DNA of 64,000 bases. Source: an archaeon. GTDB taxonomy: Archaea; Nanobdellota; Nanobdellia; Parvarchaeales; Parvarchaeaceae. The first letter of the stretch is position 1; the number at the start of each line of letters is the position of its first letter. The notes beneath the pieces are model-generated. The model saw only the letters and a list, made by a program, of their open reading frames with translations. It searched no databases and was not told where the DNA came from. Shown piece by piece: positions 19,801-30,838 of this stretch. The stretch spans positions 1,634-65,633 of the forward strand of contig JBBIPE010000001.1 of assembly GCA_037443005.1 (NCBI GenBank), written 5' to 3'. Made by a program: the position numbers and the translations under genes.

Positions 19801-19893
19801 AATATAAGTGTATGCTAACAATATTTAAAATAATGCCATCTTTTAGTTAACATCATCCAGATATATATAAATGATTATCTCTTTCTATAATTA

Positions 19894-20358
19894 ATGAAAG
19901 GGGAAAATGTTATAGGTTATATAGATAATCTGACTTCTTTCGGTATAATAGCACCGAAAAGAAAAAGCATCGTTTTTACTGACAAAAGGACATTTATACT
20001 TGATGCGAGCAGTATGTCGTCAACTGCGGTGTCTGTCGGGTTTTCTTATGTTTTCGGAGCTTTCGGGAGAAAAGCGGCGAATAAAATCTCAAAGGAGGAC
20101 ATTGAAGAGACAACAAAGAAGTTAGCAGAATCTGATCTTGATTCTTTAATAGCCCAAAAACCTGATAATGTGGTTCTGGGTAATGCCAGCGTAGAATCCG
20201 TAATAATAGACAGAAAACAGATAGTTCTGAAATCTGGTGGGAAGTCCTTCAAATATAAGCTGGCGAATCCAGAGGTCAAGAAAAAGAAGCTTGATACCTA
20301 CCAGAGGTACGTGGGTATATTGACAACGGCATTCGGAAATAAAGTCAAAGCAAAATGA
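19894..20358 (+). CDS. Hypothetical protein
   Basis: 154-aa ORF; no family recognised. Confidence 0.45.
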   Translation: MKGENVIGYIDNLTSFGIIAPKRKSIVFTDKRTFILDASSMSSTAVSVGFSYVFGAFGRKAANKISKEDIEETTKKLAESDLDSLIAQKPDNVVLGNASVESVIIDRKQIVLKSGGKSFKYKLANPEVKKKKLDTYQRYVGILTTAFGNKVKAK

Positions 20359-20531
20359 CTGTGGGATCTCCAGATTCAGTAATTAGAGTCAGGGCCAGTC
20401 CTCTTTGGATTTTCATATCCGCAGTACCATTTTTTGTAGGTACTTTAATAGCGGTTTTGTATACTCTTACTTTGAAGGATGAAAATAAAGCATACTCTCT
20501 TCTGATGTTGATCCCTTTCATCGGCCAATAG
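20355..20531 (+). CDS. Small (58 aa) single-TM membrane protein, 4-bp coupled (ATGA) to upstream ORF
   Basis: Below ORF-track threshold; MTVGSPDSVIRVRASPLWIFISAVPFFVGTLIAVLYTLTL. Confidence 0.3.
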   Translation: MTVGSPDSVIRVRASPLWIFISAVPFFVGTLIAVLYTLTLKDENKAYSLLMLIPFIGQ

Positions 20532-20682
20532 TAACATTCGTTCTTATGTCATCAAAGGACAGATATATCTCCACTATGGCAAGTTTGGTTTTTTTTAGGT
20601 CAGATACTTGAATCTGTAGTGTCCTCACTTATATTATATTTTATCTGAAATCAGCCTGCAGAGCAGAGGAATACTGTGATGT

Positions 20683-21881
20683 CTATTTCTTTCTTTCTTC
20701 CAGTGGCTTTATTTTCCTGAAACTTAGAAAGATAAGGACATCATAAAATAGCTTTATCGAGCCGGATAGAAAGAACGGGAGAGCATACTGAAAAGTCCCT
20801 ATAAAATAACTTGAAATAGCAGGACTTATGCCCTGGGCTATGCTTCTCGGCGTGTTTGTTATACCTGCAGTTGCGGTCCTTTCATTGGGCTTTACTATCG
20901 CCATAGTGTATGATTGCCTTGTGGGCACATCCATCTGTGACAGGCTCTGTCTTAAGAATAGAAAACCAACTGCGTAAAAAAGGGAAGGCGCAAGCGGTAT
21001 TATTATCAGTGCAACATTTGATATCATGTGGGTAAATACCATGGTTTTCAAAAGACCTATTCTTTTCGCGACGTAAGGTGCGAGAAGAATCGATATTGCA
21101 GTTATAATATTAGTTGTAAGGAAAAGCAAGGCCAGAGAATTCAGGTTAAGGCCGTATCTGGAATTGAACCACAGGGTAAGCAGGCTTTGAAGTATGAAAC
21201 CGCCACCGAAGGCATCGATTGAAAACAGCGCTGATAATTTGATTATTGTCTTTCTTGTTTCCCTTGATATTTTGATATTTACCGCTTTTTTCGGAGTCTC
21301 TATGGTTTTGCTTAGCGGCATATAAACTAAGATCAATGCGATTGATATGGCAAAGTAAATATAAAGTGCAATGTGGTATCCAAATAGCGGATTTTTAAAC
21401 AAGGTGGGGACTGCGCTGAACAGCGCACCTACAGCAGCCGCAGAGTAACCCAGGAAGTTGTAAATCCCATATGCCTTTGTCCTTTTTTCTCATCAACTTG
21501 AGTAGCTATGGAGGACTGTTCTATTGCCAGGAAAGGTCCTGTTTCCGTTCCCGTAACGCTTACAGATCCGATGAACGCTGCAAGTATGAAGAGAGCAACA
21601 TCAATATCTGCTACCATTAACAGCGCAGAAACGGCCATAAGTGCTGATAACAATATCAAAAATCTCCTTTTTCCGAAAGAATCCGAAAATTTGCTTATTA
21701 TCAAATTAAATGACACGCTGCCTAAAACTGCAGATGAAAGGACTATACCAATTATTAAGGCAGAATATCCGAGATGCAGCATGTATAACGGAAGGATTAT
21801 GCTCAGAAAACCGAATCCGAAGACCCTCAATGATTTTGCCAGAAAAAGCAGCCTATTATTTTTTGATAACCACTCTAACAT
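20683..21881 (-). pseudogene. MFS transporter split by a frameshift in an A/T homopolymer (two ORFs, 21429-21881 and 20683-21402)
   Basis: N-terminal 150 aa and C-terminal 239 aa halves rejoin across the T6 run at 21483-21488 in another frame (…DEKKRTKAYGIYNFLGYSAAAVGALF…). Confidence 0.6.
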
Positions 21882-22014
21882 TATTTTTTGAATATAGCAT
21901 CCAATTTAAGCCTTAACAAAGTAAATTAGAGATCCCATATCCTGAGCTAAATAGCTTCATCGCATTGTATGATGGAACAAAATAGCCTAGTCTCTTTAAT
22001 TGAAATTTATACTA

Positions 22015-23937
22015 TTATTTGTTTTTAGCGTATATATTGCCAGTGTTTTTTCGTTCTATCTTAAACGGCCTGAACATGTTACCATTCCCTTCGTAGAACT
22101 TTGAAAAGAACTCTACATAAATAAGCCTTGCGCCCTGTATACCTCCTTCAAATAAGGCTATTACAATGTTGAACAGCTGTCCAAACACCAGTATAACAAC
22201 CCCGCCGATTATGAAAGGTATCGAACCGCTTAAACTTGATACAAATATCAAGTTTATCACCTGTGCAAGTATAACGGAAGCCAAAAGTATGCCGACAAGC
22301 CTTGTATATGATAGTATATGGCTTATTACAGAAGGTATCTCCATCAAAGACTGCACACCCTCAGATCTAAGTACCAATACTATCCCTATTATTATTGAGA
22401 TGTAACTACCTACTGCTTCAAGATTTGAAAGTCCTATACTCTCCTTGTGAAGCACGGCCAAACCAACTATCACTATGCCCCATGCTACAAGAAGCCAGCC
22501 TATCCTTCCCACAGCCTTTTTCAGATTTTTGTTGTATATGTGGTTTATAGCACCGAGAACAAAGCCAAAGGAAACCATCCCCACACCTATCCATCCTGAT
22601 ATCAGAAGGAGTGTTGCAACGCTTTTTGTGACGCTGAAAATAGGGGTGTATGGAAGGGCGAATCCGAAATATTCGTTGAATATAATACCCAATGCTATTG
22701 CGATTATCGATCCAGGGATTATAGCTTTCATTATCATCATCAGGCTGTTCTTACTGATTATTGTCCTGACAAATTTCGCAAGTTTTCTGGGTATATGGCT
22801 TTTTTTAGGAGGGTGATTTGTTCTGTGTATAATCCATAAGCTAAGAATAAGAAAAGTCGCACCGTAACCTGCATCTCCCACCATCAGGCCGAAGAATATA
22901 GGAAAGGCTATTCCGAAGAATATTGTAGGGTCTATCTCGCTGCTTTTAGGAATGGAATAAAAGCGTATGAAAAATTCGTATAGCTTGAAGGAAACGGGGT
23001 TTTCCATCTTTGTAGGAGGTTCCTCTTTTGTTTTTATGTTCTCAAGAACGAAGTTTCCATTGCTTATTCGGTCAAGTTCCGCTTCTGCTTCTGTTACTCT
23101 TTTATTCTCTATCCACCCTTCTATTACAACAGTGTAATTTGTTGATCCTACCTTTGGTATAATACTCGCTTTTTTCATTTCTATATCCAGATATTCCTTA
23201 AGTGCTGCAACCATTTTATAATGTGCTTTTGAGATCTTGTCCAGTCTTTCATTTATTTTTCCAAGTTTTTCCAGAGCCTCTTTTACTGTCTTTTTCTCTT
23301 TTTCCTTTATCTCTACAGGTTTTCCGTTTAAATCAGGCACTTTTATAAGGCTTACACCTATTTTCTTTGCGATGGCAGCTATCTTTTCTCTGTCATGTTT
23401 TTCTATCGTTACTATGAATGATTTTGACAACTCCGATAACTCACATTCCACATCGTTCTTTAATATTTCAATGAAAGAATTGTCCTTTTTCTTTGCTATA
23501 ATAAAGGATTCAAGCCGGTTTCCGTTTAGTATTTTTAAATCTTTGTTGAAATCCTCTATCATCTCTATGATAGAGAGTATTGAATCGCTTGCGTTTATCT
23601 CCACGTTTATTTTTTCTTCCTCTTTTTTAATCTCGTTTACTTCATCGTATATCTTTATTTTGTCCGCCTCACGGAAAATTTCATCTATACTGTCTAATTT
23701 TATGTTTCCCGCGCTTTTCTTTATAAGGCTTCCTTCAAGGCTTTTTATTTTCTGTGCGTATTTGTTTATCCTGTCATAATCAAGCTCTTTGTAATCATTT
23801 AATATTTTTTTGCTCTCATTTTCAAGTATTTCTATCTGAAGGAATCCCAATTCTCCGAGTAAAGTAACTACGGCATCATAATACTTTTTTGAGATCAATA
23901 TCCTTATCTTTTCTATTTTACTTGGAAGAAACATCAC
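22015..23937 (-). CDS. atpI: A-type ATP synthase subunit I
   Basis: 640 aa, N-terminal soluble domain plus C-terminal multi-TM domain. Confidence 0.85.
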   Translation of the reverse strand: MMFLPSKIEKIRILISKKYYDAVVTLLGELGFLQIEILENESKKILNDYKELDYDRINKYAQKIKSLEGSLIKKSAGNIKLDSIDEIFREADKIKIYDEVNEIKKEEEKINVEINASDSILSIIEMIEDFNKDLKILNGNRLESFIIAKKKDNSFIEILKNDVECELSELSKSFIVTIEKHDREKIAAIAKKIGVSLIKVPDLNGKPVEIKEKEKKTVKEALEKLGKINERLDKISKAHYKMVAALKEYLDIEMKKASIIPKVGSTNYTVVIEGWIENKRVTEAEAELDRISNGNFVLENIKTKEEPPTKMENPVSFKLYEFFIRFYSIPKSSEIDPTIFFGIAFPIFFGLMVGDAGYGATFLILSLWIIHRTNHPPKKSHIPRKLAKFVRTIISKNSLMMIMKAIIPGSIIAIALGIIFNEYFGFALPYTPIFSVTKSVATLLLISGWIGVGMVSFGFVLGAINHIYNKNLKKAVGRIGWLLVAWGIVIVGLAVLHKESIGLSNLEAVGSYISIIIGIVLVLRSEGVQSLMEIPSVISHILSYTRLVGILLASVILAQVINLIFVSSLSGSIPFIIGGVVILVFGQLFNIVIALFEGGIQGARLIYVEFFSKFYEGNGNMFRPFKIERKNTGNIYAKNK

Positions 23938-24251
23938 AGATCAAAGGCCTCCTTTAGTATTTCATTGAATATCTCAAGCATTTCATCTTTTTCTAGCGGC
24001 TTTATCTTCTCCGCTTTTTTCTTTGCTTCTGCTATCTCAGTCTCTCTTTCATTTAATGCCGCCTTTTCCTCTTTCTCTACTTTATTATTTATAATATCCT
24101 TTGCCTCTTTCTCTGTATCTCTTATCTTTTTCTGGCTTTTATCAAGGCTTTCTTTTATTATCTCTGCAGCTTTGTCTTCGGCCTGTTTTACCTTCTTTTC
24201 CGAATTTTCCTCTAATTCCTTTATCCTTTGCAGAGTTTCTATAGATTCCAT
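23934..24251 (-). CDS. atpH: A-type ATP synthase subunit H (peripheral stalk)
   Basis: 105-aa E/K-rich coiled coil between atpD and atpI. Confidence 0.65.
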   Translation of the reverse strand: MESIETLQRIKELEENSEKKVKQAEDKAAEIIKESLDKSQKKIRDTEKEAKDIINNKVEKEEKAALNERETEIAEAKKKAEKIKPLEKDEMLEIFNEILKEAFDL

Positions 24252-24252
24252 A

Positions 24253-24864
24253 TCAGCTGTGAATCTTCTTGATAAATTTTATGGACACTAATCTATCTCT
24301 TTCCATATCATCAAGACTTTGTTTTATGTATTTTATCTTTTCCTGCCATCTTGGTATTATGACATTCTCTAGCGAGTTTGTCCTTCTATTAAGCTTGTAG
24401 ACTTCATTTAGCAGTTTTCGCATTGCAGTTTCTTTCTCAGCTATCTCTATAAGCATTGACAGGAATTGAGAGTAAAGGCTCTTTGCGTCATATACTGGTG
24501 TTGGTATAGTAATACTGTCATTTTTATTAAGTATATCCATATTTTCATTCATGCTTATATTAGGTATAATCAATCCCATAACATTTCTAGCCTTGAGGTT
24601 TGCCATTTTTTCGCTCTGTTCCTGTGCAACTCTTTCTATGGTTATCCTACCACTAAGTGCATCTGCTATCTCTATGCTTTCCCTGCTTTTTGCCTGCAAT
24701 CCATTTAGATCCATTTTCATGCTTTGGACCTGTTTTGCAAGCTCGAAGAACTCAAGTATAAGCGATGATCTCTTCATTTTCAGCAACTGAAGTCCACGAT
24801 CCGCCATTTTAATCTTGCGCTTTGTCTCTATTAACTCCCTTCTGGTAACCTTTATTGTTTCCAT
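24253..24864 (-). CDS. atpD: A-type ATP synthase subunit D
   Basis: 203 aa, family match. Confidence 0.85.
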   Translation of the reverse strand: METIKVTRRELIETKRKIKMADRGLQLLKMKRSSLILEFFELAKQVQSMKMDLNGLQAKSRESIEIADALSGRITIERVAQEQSEKMANLKARNVMGLIIPNISMNENMDILNKNDSITIPTPVYDAKSLYSQFLSMLIEIAEKETAMRKLLNEVYKLNRRTNSLENVIIPRWQEKIKYIKQSLDDMERDRLVSIKFIKKIHS

Positions 24865-26231
24865 TTTCCGTATTTCTCGATGAATTCTGGCTTTAATCTT
24901 TTCATTTCGGATTTATCTATAGAGCTTAGAAGTTCCCACCCTAAATTAAGGGTCTCTTCTATGCTCCTGTCTTCGTTGAAATCCTGTCTTATGAATCTAT
25001 TTTCAAATTCATCGGCAAAATGAAGATACTGTTTGTCTATAGTACTAAGTGCATCCTCTCCCACTATTTCAGTAAGGCTTCTAAGCTCTTTTCCTCTTGC
25101 GTAGGCAGCATACATCTGGTCGGAAACATTCTTGTGGTCTTCCCTTGTAGAATCTTTTCCTATGCCCTGATTCATAAGTCTTGAAAGCGAAAGCAGCACA
25201 TCAACTCCAGGGTATATTCCGCTCTTATCAAGGGATCTGCTGAGAACTATCTGGCCTTCTGTAATGTAGCCTGTTAAATCTGGTATAGGGTGCGTTATAT
25301 CATCACTTGGCATTGTAAGTATAGGCAGCTGTGTAACAGAACCTTCTTTTCCCTTTACTTTACCCGCTCTTTCAAACAGGCTTGCAAGGTCCGTATACAT
25401 GTACCCTGGATAGCCTCTTCTTCCCGGGACTTCATCTCTTGCTGCGGATATCTCACGCAGTGCTTCTGCGTAATTTGTCATATCAGTAAGTATAACAATT
25501 ACATGCGCATTTTTTTCATAAGCAAGATATTCTGCAGTGGTAAGTGCAAGTCTCGGAAGGATTACTCTCTCCATAGACGGTTCAGCTGCAAGGTTGAGAA
25601 ATATAACAGATTTTTCAAGTGCTCCGCTGTTTTGAAATTCATCCATAAAAAAGTTTGCATCCTCACTGTTTATTCCTATTCCTCCAAAAACAACATAGAA
25701 TCCGCTTTTTTCTGTAAGTATCTTTGCCTGCTTTACTATCTGAGCAGCTAGTTTGTTGTGTGGCAATCCGGATCCGGAGAATATTGGTAATTTCTGCCCT
25801 CTTACAAGCGTATTCATACAGTCTATGGAAGATATACCTGTCTGGACGAATTCCGAAGGTTCCTCTCTTGCATAAGGGTTTATAGGGCTGCCATTTATGT
25901 CTATTTTCTCATCACTGAATATTGGAATACCGCCATCTCTTGGCCTTCCCAGACCATCAAATACCCTTCCAACCATATCCATGCTTACTGGCATCTTGAA
26001 AGTGGTTCCTTTAAATCTAACTTTTGTATCCTGAGTATTCATACCAGTGGTTTCACCGAAGACTTGGACTATTGTAACTTCTTCATTTGTAGCCAAAACC
26101 TGTCCGCTTACCTTCTTGCCGTTGTCTAGCTCTATCTCCACCTGCTCATTGTACGCTGCATTCTTTACTCCTTGTACAAAAAGCAGCACGTTTGTTACCT
26201 TTTCTATCGTTTTATATTCTACTTCTTCCAT
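24852..26231 (-). CDS. atpB: A-type ATP synthase subunit B
   Basis: 459 aa regulatory subunit. Confidence 0.95.
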   Translation of the reverse strand: MEEVEYKTIEKVTNVLLFVQGVKNAAYNEQVEIELDNGKKVSGQVLATNEEVTIVQVFGETTGMNTQDTKVRFKGTTFKMPVSMDMVGRVFDGLGRPRDGGIPIFSDEKIDINGSPINPYAREEPSEFVQTGISSIDCMNTLVRGQKLPIFSGSGLPHNKLAAQIVKQAKILTEKSGFYVVFGGIGINSEDANFFMDEFQNSGALEKSVIFLNLAAEPSMERVILPRLALTTAEYLAYEKNAHVIVILTDMTNYAEALREISAARDEVPGRRGYPGYMYTDLASLFERAGKVKGKEGSVTQLPILTMPSDDITHPIPDLTGYITEGQIVLSRSLDKSGIYPGVDVLLSLSRLMNQGIGKDSTREDHKNVSDQMYAAYARGKELRSLTEIVGEDALSTIDKQYLHFADEFENRFIRQDFNEDRSIEETLNLGWELLSSIDKSEMKRLKPEFIEKYGKWKQ

Positions 26232-26232
26232 A

Positions 26233-27984
26233 TCATTTCTCCCCGTTTAGCTTCTTTATATCCTCCATATCTTTTTCTATCTCCTTTATCTTATCATCAA
26301 TTTCCTCTTCCTTTGTATATCTCAATCTGGATATTTTTGGTTTTATTGGTATCTCTTGTATCTTTTGGATAGGAACGTTTCTTTTTAGGGCTTCCTGCTC
26401 ATAATCAAATACTTTATTTATAAGTTTTAGCATCTTGTACTGCTTTTGCATTGATGCGTAAGTGTCTATGTCATCAAATGCATTCTGCTGCAGGTAATCT
26501 TCCCTTAGCATTCTCGCTATATCAAGTATAAGTTTGTCGCTTTCAGGAAGTGCATCATACCCGACAAGTTGTACTATCTCGTTTATGTCTGCTTCTTTTT
26601 GCAGAGTAGCAAGCGCCCAGTTTCTAAGTTCCGGCCAGTCTTCCGCTACGTTTTTCCTGTACCAATTATCCAATTCATCATTGTAAAGCGAATAGCTGTT
26701 AAGCCAGTTTATTGAGGGAAAATGTCTTGCGTTTGCCAGCGAAGCATCAAGCGCCCAGAATACTCTTGTAACTCTTAATGTATTCTGTGAAACAGGCTCC
26801 GATATATCTCCACCAGGTGGGGAAACTGCTCCAACTAAAGTTGCAGCTCCAATCTTTCCATTTAATAGTCTCGCTCTCCCAGCTCTCTCATAAAATTCTC
26901 CTATCCTTCTTCCTAAATATGCAGGATATCCTTCTTCACCTGGCATTTCTTCAAGTCTACCGGAAAGCTCTCTCAGAGCTTCAGCCCATCTTGAAGTACT
27001 GTCGGCCATTACAGCCACGCTGTATCCCATATCTCTGTAATATTCTGCAAGTGTTATCCCTGTGTAAATGCTTGCTTCCCTTGCGGCAACAGGCATGTTT
27101 GAAGTGTTTGCGATAAGTATTGTTCTGTCCATAAGCGGTTTGCCGCTCTTTGGATCCTTTAGCTCTGGGAATGTAGTCAGTATCTCTGTCATCTCGTTTC
27201 CTCTTTCCCCGCAACCAACGTAAACTATAACATCGGCATCTGACCACTTCGCAAGCTGATGCTGAATTACTGTTTTTCCCGACCCGAACGGCCCTGGCAC
27301 TGCAGCTGTTCCCCCCATTGCGATTGGGAACATTGTGTCTATTACTCTCTGGCCTGTTAACAAAGGAATGTTTGGTGCAAGTTTTTCTTTTACGGGTCTC
27401 TGTGTTCTGACAGGCCACTTTGTCATCATCTTTATTTCTTCTTTTTTGTTTTCATTCTCAATAACCGCTATTGTTTCATCTATTGTATACTCTCCTTCTT
27501 CAACTATGCTTTTAATGGTTCCTTTTTTATTTACAGGCACGAGTATTTTATGTTTTATAAGAGAGGTCTCCTTTACTTCCCCGAGTTCTTCTCCCGGCAT
27601 AACTTCCTTTCCTACTTCAGCCTTTGGCTTGAAATGCCATTTCTTTTCTCTGTCAAGTGAATCAACCTTTACTCCGCTTCCTATAAACGTGCCTTCCTTG
27701 TTGAGTATCTTGTCAAGCGGCCTCTGTATACCGTCAAATATCGAACCTATAAGTCCTGGGCCAAGTTCAACAGAAAGAGGCTCTCCTGTGTCTTCTGCTG
27801 TTTCCCCGACTTTTAATCCGCTAGTATCCTCATATACCTGCACTATTGCATTGCTTTCTTCTATTTTTACAATTTCACCAACAAGATTGTTCTTCCCTAT
27901 AAAAACGATGTCATTCATCTTTGGCTTATCAAGATTTGTAACAGTCACAACAGAACCAGATATTCCTATAACTTTTCCTTCCAT
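26233..27984 (-). CDS. atpA: A-type ATP synthase catalytic subunit A (no intein)
   Basis: [10 protein letters not shown]-loop, 583 aa. Confidence 0.95.
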   Translation of the reverse strand: MEGKVIGISGSVVTVTNLDKPKMNDIVFIGKNNLVGEIVKIEESNAIVQVYEDTSGLKVGETAEDTGEPLSVELGPGLIGSIFDGIQRPLDKILNKEGTFIGSGVKVDSLDREKKWHFKPKAEVGKEVMPGEELGEVKETSLIKHKILVPVNKKGTIKSIVEEGEYTIDETIAVIENENKKEEIKMMTKWPVRTQRPVKEKLAPNIPLLTGQRVIDTMFPIAMGGTAAVPGPFGSGKTVIQHQLAKWSDADVIVYVGCGERGNEMTEILTTFPELKDPKSGKPLMDRTILIANTSNMPVAAREASIYTGITLAEYYRDMGYSVAVMADSTSRWAEALRELSGRLEEMPGEEGYPAYLGRRIGEFYERAGRARLLNGKIGAATLVGAVSPPGGDISEPVSQNTLRVTRVFWALDASLANARHFPSINWLNSYSLYNDELDNWYRKNVAEDWPELRNWALATLQKEADINEIVQLVGYDALPESDKLILDIARMLREDYLQQNAFDDIDTYASMQKQYKMLKLINKVFDYEQEALKRNVPIQKIQEIPIKPKISRLRYTKEEEIDDKIKEIEKDMEDIKKLNGEK

Positions 27985-27985
27985 T

Positions 27986-28309
27986 TTATTTTAATTTGGT
28001 TATATCCACCCCCAATACTCTTTTTGCTAGACTTTCCAAAGATTCACTTCCCTCCAAAACTTCCTTTGAAGGTATTAGCAGTACAAGCGGGTCAACGCTG
28101 GTGTTTATCAGGTTGATCTCATTCTGATCTGCATATTCCTTTATGCTTTCTTCTGCTATTATAAGATTATACTCTTTGTTTTTTATTAATTTAATTACTT
28201 CATTTAGGGCTTCTTTTCCAGAAAGTGACAGTGTTTTGTCTATACCTGCCAATTGAAGCCCCAGCGCATCCTGTCTTTCCCCTATGAAAACGATCTTTTT
28301 AAATTCCAT
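27986..28309 (-). CDS. atpF: A-type ATP synthase subunit F
   Basis: 107 aa. Confidence 0.8.
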   Translation of the reverse strand: MEFKKIVFIGERQDALGLQLAGIDKTLSLSGKEALNEVIKLIKNKEYNLIIAEESIKEYADQNEINLINTSVDPLVLLIPSKEVLEGSESLESLAKRVLGVDITKLK

Positions 28310-29339
28310 ATCCTATATCTATAATCCTTTTTTCAATTCCATAATATTTTTTAAACCAGCTTAACCTTATTATATCTCTTTCTATTTCTGCGCTTATTAT
28401 AAATGAAAGCACTGCGCCAATAGACAAGGAGTTTGCCCTGAAAACTGTGAGATACTTGTCGTGTATGATCCTCTTTAATTCTACTTCAAAGTTTGATATC
28501 AATCTGTCCTCATTGTAAAGTTTGTTTGCTTCCTCTAGATCATATGGTATATTTTTTATCATATCCTCAATATTCATCTTTGAAAGATCCGAAAATTTTT
28601 CCAGAGATATTGTTCCCCCTTTCACAAGCAGTTCATTTGACGGCTTTTTCAATTCTATCTCCTTTATAACAGTCATTATGTTTCTGAGGTCTATAAGCGA
28701 CTGGATAAATCGAAGTACCGGTCCTTCATCTCCATTGTAAAATTTAAAGTTTTTCAGTAATTCATTATAATACTCTATATCAAGAGCAAGCGACATGCCG
28801 GATACATTTCTGCTAAGCTCAGCCGAAACCGAGAAGGGAAGCAGAATAGTTCCGTAAGGGTATCTTGTAAGATAGTTTATTGTCTCTACTATGTCTTTCT
28901 GTGCGATTATATTAGCATAATCCTCTTTGCTTATTAACGGACTTGATAATCCTGCAGGGAATCCTCTCCCTACAGTTAGCATGTTTTCTGTTAATTCAAT
29001 TTCCTTTCCTATAAGCTTTGCCGCTAGTATCAACTTTATGTTCTGTATATCTATTTTTGACAGGTAGCTTCTTACTAGATTTTTGCCGGTTGCAGGAAGT
29101 AGTGTCAGAGCGTTGTTGCAGTTCTTTATAAAATGTGTGTTTACCACTATATCAACTATATCAGGCTCCTTAAATCGGTTATAAAATAGATCTATCTCAT
29201 TTTTGTATGTCGTGGAGGAAAGCGTGGATATAAAATCTTCTTTCTTGCTTTCCTTTATTCTATCTATATCATCTTTTTTCAGTAAGTCTAGATAAAGCGC
29301 TTTTATATGGCCGTAAGACCCAGCATATGTCGAATCCAT
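28299..29339 (-). CDS. atpC: A-type ATP synthase subunit C
   Basis: 346 aa, position between E and F. Confidence 0.75.
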   Translation of the reverse strand: MDSTYAGSYGHIKALYLDLLKKDDIDRIKESKKEDFISTLSSTTYKNEIDLFYNRFKEPDIVDIVVNTHFIKNCNNALTLLPATGKNLVRSYLSKIDIQNIKLILAAKLIGKEIELTENMLTVGRGFPAGLSSPLISKEDYANIIAQKDIVETINYLTRYPYGTILLPFSVSAELSRNVSGMSLALDIEYYNELLKNFKFYNGDEGPVLRFIQSLIDLRNIMTVIKEIELKKPSNELLVKGGTISLEKFSDLSKMNIEDMIKNIPYDLEEANKLYNEDRLISNFEVELKRIIHDKYLTVFRANSLSIGAVLSFIISAEIERDIIRLSWFKKYYGIEKRIIDIGYGI

Positions 29340-29900
29340 TTATTTCTCCAGCCTATCTATAACCCTTTGAGCTATTTTATCTTCCATTTCTTGTATTAAT
29401 CTGCTTATAGACATATCAATTGAAAGCTTTCCGTCATTTGATTCAGCGTAAACGCCAAAAATTTTCTTTTTATAGATTTTTAAGTTCTTTTCCTTCTTTC
29501 CGAATTTCTCTAAGTCCTCTTTGTTCACGTATATTACCGCATCGTCTCCCAGTGATTTTTTTGCTTCTTTTATCAGCAATGGCATAAGCTTATCATATTC
29601 CTTGGTTTTGCTGAATTTGTCCTCAGATTTGTACAGGCTGTTTATGCTCTCTTTAAAAGCTTCACTGACTGCGGTTTTTATTATCTTCATTTTCTCCACA
29701 TTTGTTTTCGCTTTTTCTATATTGGTCTTTTCCGCTGCAAGAACAACTGCCTTTTCCCCCGCTTCTTTCATTATTAAATCTGCTGCTGCATTTGCGGATT
29801 TTATTTCCTGATTTGCCTTTACCTGCGCTTCAAGGATTATTCTTTTTATCTTTGTATCTGTCTCTTTCTCTATGTGCTCGGCTATCTTTTCAAGGCCCAT
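29340..29900 (-). CDS. atpE: A-type ATP synthase subunit E
   Basis: 186 aa. Confidence 0.8.
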   Translation of the reverse strand: MGLEKIAEHIEKETDTKIKRIILEAQVKANQEIKSANAAADLIMKEAGEKAVVLAAEKTNIEKAKTNVEKMKIIKTAVSEAFKESINSLYKSEDKFSKTKEYDKLMPLLIKEAKKSLGDDAVIYVNKEDLEKFGKKEKNLKIYKKKIFGVYAESNDGKLSIDMSISRLIQEMEDKIAQRVIDRLEK

Positions 29901-29912
29901 ATACTAATTTCC

Positions 29913-30146
29913 TCACAATATCTGCAGTAGCAATATTAATCCTAAAACGAATCCTATTATCCACAGTGTCTCTGGTATTACAAAGAAGAAAAGAACCTGT
30001 CCAAACTTCTCAGGTTTTTCTGCAATTATTCCCATACCAGCAGCACCTATTCCCTGCTGTGCCATTCCGGTACCTATTAATCCACCTGCTATTGCTATTG
30101 CTGCGGCTATAGCATATAAAGCACCTGCATCTGTCGCAATTACCAT
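29913..30146 (-). CDS. atpK: A-type ATP synthase proteolipid subunit K (c)
   Basis: 77 aa two-helix hairpin with conserved Glu (VIPETL). Confidence 0.85.
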   Translation of the reverse strand: MVIATDAGALYAIAAAIAIAGGLIGTGMAQQGIGAAGMGIIAEKPEKFGQVLFFFVIPETLWIIGFVLGLILLLQIL

Positions 30147-30349
30147 AGCACCTTTATCTTTTTTGTATTTTTAAGCTTTGCTATCTTGAATTTTTTTGAT
30201 ATATCTCCTATTTTAAAGCAAAATTTTATTAATGTTTAATGACTATAAAATAATAGCCTATTCATAAACAGAATAGTATAAAATTCAAGCAAGAACATTG
30301 AACCGAAAAGTATTTATATTAGTTTTTTCATACGGTTTATCGTAAACAT

Positions 30350-30835
30350 ATGGAAATAAACGAAATACCTGAGGAAGTAATCGACTGCCTTTTCGATGCA
30401 ATTGAGAAGGACAATAAGCTTTATGTTGTGCTCAAAGAGGACAACGCTGAAAATGAAAACAGGATAGAAAAGTTTTTTGGAAATGATGTTACATTTCTGG
30501 ACATGATGGAAATAATACAACGGAAAATGCTTTCGGATCTTATGGATGCGGTGAGTGTATTTGATAATGAGCCGTTTTTGAATAAACTTGGCTTTAATCA
30601 GATAACTGAGATATTTTATGATCTTACAAAGCTTCCACAGAGCAAAAAGATGCTCTTTAATTACGCTTTTTTGGGCAGAAGAGGCAAAGAAGGACTGCTT
30701 CAGAATATAGGCGGCGGAAGACTGACAAAGAGTGCGATATTTGTGCCTTCGTCAAAAGAGAAGGAGGTAGAAAATTTCATAAAAAAATGGAACGTAGACT
30801 ACTCTAAAAAGAGGGTTTTCGTTTTAGGAGGTTAA
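30350..30835 (+). CDS. Hypothetical protein, first gene of the cdc48-scpA-scpB operon
   Basis: 161-aa ORF ending 3 nt before cdc48 SD/ATG; no family recognised. Confidence 0.5.
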   Translation: MEINEIPEEVIDCLFDAIEKDNKLYVVLKEDNAENENRIEKFFGNDVTFLDMMEIIQRKMLSDLMDAVSVFDNEPFLNKLGFNQITEIFYDLTKLPQSKKMLFNYAFLGRRGKEGLLQNIGGGRLTKSAIFVPSSKEKEVENFIKKWNVDYSKKRVFVLGG

Positions 30836-30838
30836 AGT

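Noticed and set aside
22166-29811. Plus-strand ORFs within the ATPase operon (such as 23237-23779, 25290-25751, 26778-27116, 27335-27994, 29521-30112) and minus-strand ORFs inside cdc48 and nuoL
   Set aside because: Each is contained in a strongly supported gene on the other strand, with no start context or family signal.
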